From the NCBI GenBank assembly GCA_036679605.1, contig JAZDCZ010000180.1, forward strand, positions 96,001-160,000: a stretch of 64,000 bases of DNA. The letters run 5' to 3'. Each line of letters begins with the position of its first letter. Position 1 is the first letter of the stretch. This document shows positions 50,174 through 58,426 of this stretch, in pieces. The translations under genes and the position numbers were made by a program. The notes beneath the pieces are model-generated. The model searched no databases and was not told the DNA's origin. It saw nothing but the letters and a program-made list of their open reading frames with translations. Source of the stretch: Gemmatimonadota bacterium. Lineage in GTDB: Bacteria; Gemmatimonadota; Gemmatimonadetes; Gemmatimonadales; GWC2-71-9.

Positions 50174-51163
50174 CTAGGGTACCTCGATCCGATTGAGCAC
50201 CCTGGTAACGACATCCTCCGAGGTCACCTCTTCGGCCTCCGCCTCGTAGGTGACGATGACCCGGTGGCGCAGTACATCCATGCCCACGGCACGCACGTCC
50301 TCCGGCGTTACGTAACCACGACGCTTCAAGAACGCGTGGGCACGCGCCGTTTTGGCAAGACAAATGGATGCTCTTGGCGAGGCACCATATGCGATCAGGT
50401 CTGCCAAGTCATCGAGACCGTACGATTTCGGTTCGCGCGTGGCGAAAACGATATCGACAATGTAGCGCTCGACCTTGGAGTCCATGTAAATCGTCTCGAC
50501 CGTCTTGCGTGCCCGGATGATCTCGTCCGGACTTACCACGGCAGAGACCTCGGGCTCCGCCCCGACCGCCATGCGACGCATGATCTCCAGTTCCTCTTCC
50601 TTATTAGGATAGCCGACCGAGAGTTTCAGCATGAAGCGATCGACCTGGGCTTCAGGAAGCGGGTACGTGCCCTCCTGTTCGATCGGGTTCTGCGTGGCCA
50701 GTACCAAGAAGGGATCGTCCAGCTCGAAACTGTTTTCGCCAATAGTGACCGTCCTCTCCTGCATCGCCTCGAGCAGCGCCGACTGGACCTTGGCCGGAGA
50801 CCGGTTGATCTCGTCAGCAAGAATGATGTTGGAGAATATCGGTCCCTTCTTGGTCGTGAAGTCACCGTTCCGTTGGTCGTATACCAGAGTGCCGATCAAA
50901 TCTGCCGGAAGCAGATCCGGCGTGAACTGGATGCGCTGGAACTTCGTTTTGATGGCGCGCGACAGGGTTCGCACTGTCAGCGTTTTTGCGAGACCCGGAA
51001 CGCCCTCCATCAGCACGTGACCGTTCGCCAACAACCCGATCAGCAACCGGTCGACCATGTATTTCTGTCCGACTATGACCCGCGAGACTTCGTCGGTCAG
51101 CTTGGCGACGAAGACGCTCTCGCGAGTTATCTGTTCCTGAATGGCTTCAATATCCTGACTCAT
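50174..51163 (-). CDS. moxR: MoxR-family AAA+ ATPase
   Basis: EGVPGLAKT, RIQFTPDLLPAD, DEINR, ATQNPIEQEGTYPLPEAQVDRF, GASPRA. Confidence 0.95.
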   Translation of the reverse strand: MSQDIEAIQEQITRESVFVAKLTDEVSRVIVGQKYMVDRLLIGLLANGHVLMEGVPGLAKTLTVRTLSRAIKTKFQRIQFTPDLLPADLIGTLVYDQRNGDFTTKKGPIFSNIILADEINRSPAKVQSALLEAMQERTVTIGENSFELDDPFLVLATQNPIEQEGTYPLPEAQVDRFMLKLSVGYPNKEEELEIMRRMAVGAEPEVSAVVSPDEIIRARKTVETIYMDSKVERYIVDIVFATREPKSYGLDDLADLIAYGASPRASICLAKTARAHAFLKRRGYVTPEDVRAVGMDVLRHRVIVTYEAEAEEVTSEDVVTRVLNRIEVP

Positions 51164-51211
51164 TCCTATCCTTTCTTAACCTAGATGATCGGATTTCGCT
51201 GTTGGTCGCGC

Positions 51212-51622
51212 TCAATCTTCCGCTTCCAATCCCTCGATTCTATGCCGCCACCGGTCTGTCTCCGCAACGTTCTCGGGACGGTAGAGAATCACTCGGGCGC
51301 GCTCTAGCGTGATTAACCCACCTCCGATCATTTGATCCAGTTCCGGCAGTATCTCCTGGATCTTCTCCTCCGTCTCTACTACCTCGATCACGACCGGCAT
51401 GTCCAGCGAAAGCCGGAGGATCTTGTCGGTATGGACCTTGGCATCGGCCCCGAATCCGGCTATGCCACGCAGCACAGTGGCGCCGGCCATGCCGGACTCT
51501 CTAAACACGTCGAGCAGTGCCTCGTAGAGCAGCTTTCCAGCGCGCGGGCCCTTCTTAACCCGGTCCTTCTCGGGAATGAAGATTCTCATCAACGTGCGTT
51601 CGCCCTTAAATCGATGCGGCAC
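51212..51622 (-). CDS. DUF190 (PII-like) protein
   Basis: LMRIFI.E.D, AGATVLRGIAGFG, LSLDMPVVIEVVE, GLITLE; directly downstream of crcB. Confidence 0.9.
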   Translation of the reverse strand: MPHRFKGERTLMRIFIPEKDRVKKGPRAGKLLYEALLDVFRESGMAGATVLRGIAGFGADAKVHTDKILRLSLDMPVVIEVVETEEKIQEILPELDQMIGGGLITLERARVILYRPENVAETDRWRHRIEGLEAED

Positions 51623-51625
51623 GGT

Positions 51626-52009
51626 TCACCCCCTCGCCTGAATGATATAGGACCCCAAACCCAGTCCGGCGAACGCCGCCATTAGGCCCAGTAGCACGCT
51701 GCCCAGCGTATAGGCCCCCGCTGCCGACCACTCTCCGTGCTCGAGCAGCGCTACCGTCTCGTAGGTAAACGTACTAAACGTCGTAAAGGCTCCTAACAGA
51801 CCGATAGTGACCGCGGCCCGAACCTCCGGCGTCGCCGTGGAACTCTGAAAAAGCTTGACCATGAGCCCCAACAGCAATGATCCCACTACGTTGACCGCCA
51901 GCGTGCCCCAGGGGAATCCGCTGCCGGCCCGCTCCTGCACCAGGCCACTCAGGCCATACCGCGAGACGGCTCCGACGGCCCCACCCAGCGCCACGTAGAT
52001 TAGCAACAT
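51626..52009 (-). CDS. crcB: Fluoride channel CrcB/Fluc
   Basis: GGAVGAVSRY, FPWGTLAVNVVGS, GLLGAFTTFSTF; GGAGGAGG RBS. Confidence 0.96.
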   Translation of the reverse strand: MLLIYVALGGAVGAVSRYGLSGLVQERAGSGFPWGTLAVNVVGSLLLGLMVKLFQSSTATPEVRAAVTIGLLGAFTTFSTFTYETVALLEHGEWSAAGAYTLGSVLLGLMAAFAGLGLGSYIIQARG

Positions 52010-52056
52010 GCCTCCTCCATTTCAGCAAAACGCCCCCCGCCGGCCCGGTGCCGGTG

Positions 52057-52113
52057 GGAGGAGTCATCAGCGACCGGAGTCAGCGGTCGCGCTTTAGGCG
52101 AACTCCATCGCCT
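52057..52113 (-). ncRNA. Fluoride riboswitch (crcB motif)
   Basis: Minus strand GGCGATGGAGTTCGCC-TAAA-GCGCGACCGCTGACTCCGGTC-GCTGATGACTCCT matches the fluoride aptamer consensus; about 50 nt upstream of crcB. Confidence 0.95.
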
Positions 52114-52121
52114 CTGAAGGA

Positions 52122-52151
52122 ACGATAGCGGATCCTGAGCGAACCTGGCAA
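52122..52151 (-). promoter_or_regulatory. Putative sigma70 promoter for the riboswitch-crcB transcript
   Basis: TTGCCA-18 nt-TATCGT ending about 9 nt before the aptamer. Confidence 0.5.
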
Positions 52152-52179
52152 GGCCGGGCTCTCGCCGGAACTGGCCACA

Positions 52180-52217
52180 CGAAGAAAGCCCGAGACAACG
52201 GCCTCGGGCTTGCTTCG
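52180..52217 (-). terminator. Intrinsic terminator-like hairpin
   Basis: Minus strand GCCCGAGGC-CGTT-GTCTCGGGC followed by TTTCTT. Confidence 0.65.
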
Positions 52218-52393
52218 ACTCGTTCGCATTTTACTACTTTGGACGCGTCGCTTCGCTAGGGTTCCAATTATACGGGCGAAAGCGAACCTTACAATCCCCA
52301 ACCCAACCGCCTGGCAATACGGATTATACGTGTATCCACATCACATAAGCTATGATGCTGCTCAGCCATGCTGCGCAGCCGACGAAACTTTGG

Positions 52394-52789
52394 TTACAGA
52401 CCACTAGTTTCTGAAATACTCTGCCGGAAGTTGCCGCCGTGTGACGGCAGGATACAGATCTTGCGGAAGCCGTGCCGCGAGAGGCTCACACAGTAGTCGC
52501 GTAGCACCGCCCTGAACGTCTCCGGCTTCAAAGAGATCGTACCGGGAAACGCCATGTGGTGCTCGGAGCATCAGATACGGATTGTGGGAGCCACCAAGGC
52601 ATTCCCCAGTCGCTGCGCCACCTCCATGCCGAGCCTGGTGCCGTACTCGGCGTCCACCAGGAGCGGCAGGTGCGGACCGTGTTGCTCCACCGCGCCGGCC
52701 GGAACGATGATGGTAGTCTTGCCGGCCGCGAGTGCCGCGGCAATGTCCGGCGAGGTCATCCGTTCAAGAAACAACTCGTCATGCGGCAT
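52394..52789 (-). pseudogene. Creatininase-family amidohydrolase pseudogene
   Basis: GAVEQHGPHLPLLVD...APTIRI-TGA-CSEHHMAFPGTISL...HGFRKICILPSHGGNF. In-frame TGA at 52571-52573 replaces the conserved Gly, and similarity ends just after HGGN. Confidence 0.85.
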
Positions 52790-52932
52790 CCAATGGTTCC
52801 TCCGATAGGGCCACAGAAGATTGGTGCCCAGCCGGCCGGCTACACAAGGGAGTGGGAAATCGTCCCACATGAGTATCGGGCAAATTGCCGAACCGCTCGG
52901 CTTCAGCAATCACCTCGACACATGCATTGGTT

Positions 52933-53052
52933 ATACGTACAATGTACGTATCGTTGCGCTACGGCTCGCGTGGGATCGTAAGCTTGATCAATCTTTACCT
53001 TCGGGACTGTGCAGCTCATCACCGCAAACTGCGGATGAAGTGGGCGTCGTAA
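52933..53052 (+). pseudogene. Collapsed BrnT/BrnA-like toxin-antitoxin remnant with operator palindrome
   Basis: ATACGTACA-A-TGTACGTAT palindrome, then LRLAWDRK (BrnT-like start), then in another frame SLINLYLRDCAAHHRKLRMKWAS* (antitoxin-like C-terminus). Confidence 0.6.
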
Positions 53053-53197
53053 GAAGAGCCGAGCAATGCGCTGTACTTGACCGCTCACCGCCACGCGGCT
53101 CGCGTCCTGCAAACTTGTTTGTTGGGATGCGCCAGTTCTGGAATACCCTTCAACTCGTTCGGTTGCACTGCACCGCCGAGACGGATAGACTGTCTGT

Positions 53198-53413
53198 ATG
53201 GCACGCACCGTTCCCGTCGACGACTTGACGGCCGAGGAGCGCATCGAGCTCATCGGCAAGCTCTGGGACAGTCTCGATCCCGCACTGGCCGCCCCGATAA
53301 CACCGGCGTTGGCAGCCGAGCTGGACCGCCGGGAGGCTGAGGCTGACGGCGCACCTGACGCGGGCGACACGTGGCCGCAGATTCGGGACGACCTCCGTAG
53401 GAAGCTCCGGTAG
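53198..53413 (+). CDS. Addiction module antitoxin (TIGR02574-like)
   Basis: LTAEERIELIGKLWDSL...ELDRR...TW..IR; abuts the toxin gene. Confidence 0.85.
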   Translation: MARTVPVDDLTAEERIELIGKLWDSLDPALAAPITPALAAELDRREAEADGAPDAGDTWPQIRDDLRRKLR

Positions 53414-53713
53414 TTGCGGCGGCTCCGTGTTCGCAAGACGGCACGGGCCGAGATTACAGCTGCATTCGAGTGGTATCTGGTGCGATCGCCGTCAGCCGCC
53501 GAGCGGTTCCTTGAGGCAATAGACGACGCCATGCGGCTGATCGAAGAGGCTCCGCAGGGCCACCCGGTCATTCGGGGTCATCTTCGTCGCGTGCTCTTGC
53601 GGCGATTCCCGTACGGCGTCTACTACAAGGTTTTCCCCTCGACGATCAGTGTTGTTGGCGTCATTCATGGGCACCGACACCCTGACACATGGTTGGGCCG
53701 GGCTGCGCCCTAG
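53414..53713 (+). CDS. RelE/ParE-family toxin
   Basis: ARAEI..A..WY...AERF...RRVLLRRFPYGVYY...VVGVIHGHRHP..W; TTG start right after the antitoxin stop. Confidence 0.88.
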   Translation: MRRLRVRKTARAEITAAFEWYLVRSPSAAERFLEAIDDAMRLIEEAPQGHPVIRGHLRRVLLRRFPYGVYYKVFPSTISVVGVIHGHRHPDTWLGRAAP

Positions 53714-54106
53714 CACCTATAAGGCCTCCGGTGTCAAGCGGCTATAACTAGACGACACTGGTTTTCTTACTTCCCGTTTTTCGGTTCGTTGTCGAGCGGC
53801 GGCGGCCGCCGGCTCCGACGCATCGAAATCTTGAGGGAACCTGCAATTGGTATTACCAATCGGCTCGAACGACCGTATGTTGCAACGCCTTGAGACGGTT
53901 GAAATTGTCGATGGAAAGACTGTTACATGATATTCCGTTGCCGGGCCCGGGGAGATCGCGAACCCGTTTCGCGGCGGGCGTGATACTTGTTCTATGAAAG
54001 CGGCGCGGAACCTCCGCTGAGCAGGGCCTATCCTCCAAGGACCGTGTGGGGCGCTCACACGGACCACTATGACCATTCGATCTGGGCTTGATCCAAGGGG
54101 CCAACA

Positions 54107-54808
54107 TTGAACCCGTTGGCTGCGGTGGCGGAGGTCCTCCACTACGACATTGGCCGCTCTCCCCGGAAGCCACATCGCGATCGCGATTTTCTGGGGACAT
54201 GCTTCGCGTTCGGCTCGCCCCGGTTCTTCGTAACGGCCGCCCATTGCCTTGACGGATTCACTGCCGACGAGCTGAGCGTCTGCCAAACCGCCCGAACCGG
54301 AGCAAGTCTTGTCCGGGTTAACGAGGTTCAGCACCACCCCACAGCTGACCTTGCCGTCTTGTCCCTAGCTTCTCCTTTCAACGGCCTGACTCCCTTCGCC
54401 CGCTCGATCGGCACACCCGGCTTGGGCCTGGATTTCTGGGCGTACGGGTTTCCCGAGGACGTCTTCGGGCCGCACGCCAGGCAACCTGTGCCCCGCGTGT
54501 TCCGTGGCCATTTTCAACGAGGCTTACGCCATGAGAGCCATCTGGGCTACTCATACGACGCAGTCGAACTGAGCATTACGGCTCCAGCGGGCCTCAGCGG
54601 TGGACCTTTGTTCTACGCGCACGAGCCCCACGTTGTTCTCGCCGTCGTGAGCGAGAATCTAGAGAGCATGACCTTGCTGCATTCAGCCGAGGAGACAGCA
54701 AAAGACGGAGTCATTGTGCGCGATCACTTCCACAAGGTTATTCAATACGGCATCGCCGTTGATCTGCGCCCCTTGCAGAGATGGCTTACCGATTGCACCA
54801 GAGCATAG
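54107..54808 (+). CDS. Trypsin-like serine protease without signal peptide
   Basis: GTCF, TAAHC (His), ADLAVL (Asp), GFP, GLSGGPL (Ser). Confidence 0.85.
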   Translation: MNPLAAVAEVLHYDIGRSPRKPHRDRDFLGTCFAFGSPRFFVTAAHCLDGFTADELSVCQTARTGASLVRVNEVQHHPTADLAVLSLASPFNGLTPFARSIGTPGLGLDFWAYGFPEDVFGPHARQPVPRVFRGHFQRGLRHESHLGYSYDAVELSITAPAGLSGGPLFYAHEPHVVLAVVSENLESMTLLHSAEETAKDGVIVRDHFHKVIQYGIAVDLRPLQRWLTDCTRA

Positions 54809-54857
54809 AGGTGCCCAGGTTGCCCGGCAGCGTTTTCGTCCTTGGAGCAACTAACGT

Positions 54858-57257
54858 ATGGCCCTGAAAAAATCCGAACTCTATAGCTCCCTCTGGCAAA
54901 GCTGCGACGAACTCCGCGGCGGCATGGATGCCAGCCAGTACAAGGACTACGTCCTCGTGCTGCTGTTCATCAAGTACGTGAGCGACAAGTACGCCGGGCA
55001 GCGCTATGCGCCGATCACGATCCCGCCCGGCGCGAGCTTCAAAGACATGGTCGCCTTGAAGGGCAAGAGCGACATCGGCGACGACATCAACAAGAAAATC
55101 ATCGGGCCGCTGGCCAAGGCCAACAATCTCTCCGACATGCCGGACTTCAACGACGCCACCAAGCTCGGCAGCGGCAAGGAGAAGGTGGACCGGCTCACCA
55201 ACCTCATTGCCATCTTCGAGAACCCGGCGCTGGACTTCTCAAAGAACCGCGCCGACGGCGACGACATCCTGGGCGACGCCTACGAGTACCTGATGCGGCA
55301 CTTCGCCACGGAGAGTGGCAAGAGCAAGGGCCAGTTCTACACTCCCGCCGAGGTCAGCCGCATCATGGCGCAGATCTTGGGCATCCGCACCGCGAAGACG
55401 AGCAACTCCACCACCGTCTACGATCCCACCTGCGGCTCCGGTTCGCTGCTCCTGAAGGTGGCTGACGAGGCGCGCACGGACGTCACGCTCAACGGGCAAG
55501 AAAAGGACGCCGCCACCAGCGGCCTCGCACACATGAACATGATCCTGCACAACAACGCCACTGCGGTCGTTGCGCAGGGAAACACCCTCTCCAATCCCTT
55601 CTTCAAGGACGGCGACACCTTGAAGACCTTCGACTACGTGGTCGCCAATCCGCCGTTCAGCGACAAGCGCTGGAGCACCGGCCTCGATCCGCTGAACGAC
55701 CGGTTCGAGCGCTTCGAACCGTTCGGTGTGCCACCCACCAAGCAGGGCGACTACGCCTACCTGCTGCACATCGTCCGCTCGCTCAAGAGCACCGGCAAGG
55801 GCGCGTGCATCCTGCCACACGGCGTGCTGTTCCGGGGCAACGCCGAGGCCGACATCCGCCGCGCCCTCGTGCGCAAAGGCTACATCAAAGGCATCATCGG
55901 CCTGCCCGCCAACCTGTTCTACGGCACCGGCATCCCTGCGTGCATCGTTGTCGTAGACAAGCAGGACGCCCATGCCCGGAAGGGCATCTTCATGATCGAC
56001 GCGAGCAAGGGCTTCATGAAGGACGGCCCCAAGAACCGTCTGCGCAGCATGGACATCCACAAGATCGTGGACATCTTCAACAAGCGGCTCGACGTCCCCA
56101 AGTACGCGCGGATGGTGAGCGTCGAAGAGATCGAGCAGAACGAGTTCAACCTCAACCTGCCGCGCTACATCGACAGCCAGACGCCAGAAGACGTGCAGGA
56201 CATCGCGGGCCACTTGCAGGGCGGCATCCCCGTCGCAGATGTCGATGCGCTCGAACGCTACTGGAACATCTGTCCACAGCTCCGGCGCGCTTTGTTTAAG
56301 AAACGGCGCGCCGGTTACTTCGATCTCGCCATGGAGCAGTCGGCCATCAAGTCCGCGATCTACGAGCACCCAGAGTTCGCTGCCTTCATCGCCGACATGA
56401 ACGCCCATTTCGCTACGTGGCGTGGGAAAAGTGCCAAGATGCTGAAGGCTCTGAAGACCGGCTTCCATCCCAAGGAACTCATCGCTGGAATCTCCGAGGA
56501 CGCGCTTGCGCACTACGCCGACAAGCCGCTCATCGACCCCTACGATGTCTATCAGCACCTGATGGACTACTGGGCAACGACAATGCAGGATGACTGCTAC
56601 CTGATCGCCGCCGACGGCTGGAAGGCCGAGACCACCCGCATCCTCGTGAAGGACAAGAAGGGCAAGGAGAAGGACAAGGGCTGGACCTGCGACCTCATCC
56701 CGAAAGCTCTCATCGTCGCCCGCTACTTCGCCAAGGAGCAGGCGGCCGTCGACCAACTCGCCGTCGAGCTGGAAAGTGTCAGCGCAGCACTCAACGAGCT
56801 GGAGGAAGAACACGGCGGCGAGGACGGGGCGTTCGCCGAACTCGACAAAGTGAACAAGGCCTCAGTCGCTGCGCGACTGAAAGAGATCAAGGGTGACAAG
56901 GAAGCAAAAGACGAGGCCCCCGTGCTGAGCGCCTGGCTAAAGCGCAAGTCCGAAGAGGCCGGCATCAAGAAGCGGCTCAAAGAAGCGGAGGCCGCCCTCG
57001 ACGCCCAGGTCTACGCCAAGTATCGCAAGCTCACCGAATCCGAGATCAAGACGCTGGTGGTGAACGACAAGTGGCTCGCTGGGCTCGACGCCGCCATCCA
57101 CGGCGAGATGGACCGTATCAGCCAGGCACTTACCCAACGGGTAAAGGAGTTGGCCGGGCGCTACGAGACTCCGGTGACACAGTTGTCCGGCCGTGTGGCC
57201 GAATTGGAGGCCACAGTGAACCGCCACCTGGAAACCATGGGGTTCGCATGGAAGTGA
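54858..57257 (+). CDS. hsdM: Type I restriction-modification methyltransferase subunit M
   Basis: LWQSCDELRG, GQFYTP, DPTCGSG, NPPF, HGVLFRG; long helical C-terminal extension. Confidence 0.96.
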   Translation: MALKKSELYSSLWQSCDELRGGMDASQYKDYVLVLLFIKYVSDKYAGQRYAPITIPPGASFKDMVALKGKSDIGDDINKKIIGPLAKANNLSDMPDFNDATKLGSGKEKVDRLTNLIAIFENPALDFSKNRADGDDILGDAYEYLMRHFATESGKSKGQFYTPAEVSRIMAQILGIRTAKTSNSTTVYDPTCGSGSLLLKVADEARTDVTLNGQEKDAATSGLAHMNMILHNNATAVVAQGNTLSNPFFKDGDTLKTFDYVVANPPFSDKRWSTGLDPLNDRFERFEPFGVPPTKQGDYAYLLHIVRSLKSTGKGACILPHGVLFRGNAEADIRRALVRKGYIKGIIGLPANLFYGTGIPACIVVVDKQDAHARKGIFMIDASKGFMKDGPKNRLRSMDIHKIVDIFNKRLDVPKYARMVSVEEIEQNEFNLNLPRYIDSQTPEDVQDIAGHLQGGIPVADVDALERYWNICPQLRRALFKKRRAGYFDLAMEQSAIKSAIYEHPEFAAFIADMNAHFATWRGKSAKMLKALKTGFHPKELIAGISEDALAHYADKPLIDPYDVYQHLMDYWATTMQDDCYLIAADGWKAETTRILVKDKKGKEKDKGWTCDLIPKALIVARYFAKEQAAVDQLAVELESVSAALNELEEEHGGEDGAFAELDKVNKASVAARLKEIKGDKEAKDEAPVLSAWLKRKSEEAGIKKRLKEAEAALDAQVYAKYRKLTESEIKTLVVNDKWLAGLDAAIHGEMDRISQALTQRVKELAGRYETPVTQLSGRVAELEATVNRHLETMGFAWK

Positions 57258-58426
57258 AGCCCGGCTACAAGCAGACGGAGGTAGGGGTGATTCCGGAGGA
57301 TTGGGAGGTGAAACCCGCCGGCCAGATTGGCGCTCCGGTCAGAGGTGGATCACCGCGGCCTGCCGGCGATCCCAGATATTTCAATGGATCATACATCCCT
57401 TGGCTAACGGTCGCAGCGCTTACGAACATCCCGGCATCACAGCTTGTGGTATCGGAAACGGCGACGTGTTTGACCGAAGAAGGTTCCTTGCAAAGTAGAA
57501 CGCTGACGGCCGGCACGCTAATCATTGCTAATAGCGGCGCGACTCTGGGTGTTGCGAAAGTCCTTGGCATTGAGTGCTGTGCGAACGACGGAATCGCCGC
57601 ACTGCTTAGTCTCAGCAAGCGTGTCAGTCCCCAGTACTTGGCATATTTCATAAACACCAAGACAGGCTACCTGCGGGATATTGTTGCGACTGGTAATGGA
57701 CAGCCAAACCTGAACACGGCGCTCATAGGCGACTTCAAGATCCCGCTCCCGCCCACCAAAGCCGAACAAGAAACCATCGCCGAGGCGTTGAGCGATGCGG
57801 ATGCCCTCATCGAATCCCTGGAGCAACTCGTCGTCAAGAAGCGCCAGATCAAACAAGGCGCCATGCAGGAATTGCTCACCGGCAAGAAGCGTCTGCCGGG
57901 GTTTAGCGGGGAGTGGGAGGTGAAGAGGTTGGGGCAAATGTTGACTATCTGCCATGGCAAGAGTCAACGCGACGTTGAAGCTACGGATGGCCCATACCCA
58001 ATCCTCGCGACTGGCGGCGAAATCGGTAGGGCAAATCGCTTTCTATACGACAAAGCATCTGTCCTGATTGGTCGAAAGGGAACGATTGACCAACCTCAAT
58101 ACATGGATACCCCGTTCTGGACAGTGGACACGCTATTCTACTCAGTCGTTCATGCGCCCAATCACGCCAAGTTCATCTTCTACCGGTTCTGTTTGATCGA
58201 CTGGAAGCGGCACAACGAGGCATCCGGCGTTCCGAGTCTAAATGCGGGGACAATCGAAGAGATAGAAATCAACAGTCCTGGGCCAGACGAACAAACGGCC
58301 ATCGCCACCGTCCTCTCCGACATGGACGCGGAGATGGCTGCGCTGGAGGCCAAGCTCGCCAAGGCCCGTAGCATCAAGCATGGCATGATGCAGGAACTGC
58401 TGACGGGGAGAATTCGCCTGATATGA
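57248..58426 (+). CDS. hsdS: Type I R-M specificity subunit S
   Basis: IPEDW; two TRDs each followed by conserved EQ..IA..LSD.D...MQELLTG.RL repeats. Start ATG 57248. Confidence 0.94.
   Translation: MEVKPGYKQTEVGVIPEDWEVKPAGQIGAPVRGGSPRPAGDPRYFNGSYIPWLTVAALTNIPASQLVVSETATCLTEEGSLQSRTLTAGTLIIANSGATLGVAKVLGIECCANDGIAALLSLSKRVSPQYLAYFINTKTGYLRDIVATGNGQPNLNTALIGDFKIPLPPTKAEQETIAEALSDADALIESLEQLVVKKRQIKQGAMQELLTGKKRLPGFSGEWEVKRLGQMLTICHGKSQRDVEATDGPYPILATGGEIGRANRFLYDKASVLIGRKGTIDQPQYMDTPFWTVDTLFYSVVHAPNHAKFIFYRFCLIDWKRHNEASGVPSLNAGTIEEIEINSPGPDEQTAIATVLSDMDAEMAALEAKLAKARSIKHGMMQELLTGRIRLI

Noticed and set aside
42988..51163. MoxR and VWA genes as NorQ/NorD chaperones for the neighbouring NorB-like enzyme
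   Set aside because: They are on the opposite strand and form a typical MoxR-DUF58-BatA-E operon, not a CbbQ/NorQ-type pair. The adjacency is probably incidental.
52571..52573. In-frame TGA next to Cys as selenocysteine or a recoded Gly
   Set aside because: It aligns to a conserved Gly, the gene is also truncated downstream, and many genes in the window end in TGA. A nonsense mutation is simpler.
53717..54337. 206-aa minus-strand ORF, and 52903-53571 on the minus strand
   Set aside because: They overlap better-supported plus-strand genes and show no motifs.
55239..56813. 524-aa antisense ORF in hsdM, and similar ones in hsdR (59490-60560) and moxR (49955-51184)
   Set aside because: Shadow frames of strongly codon-biased genes; no recognisable motifs.
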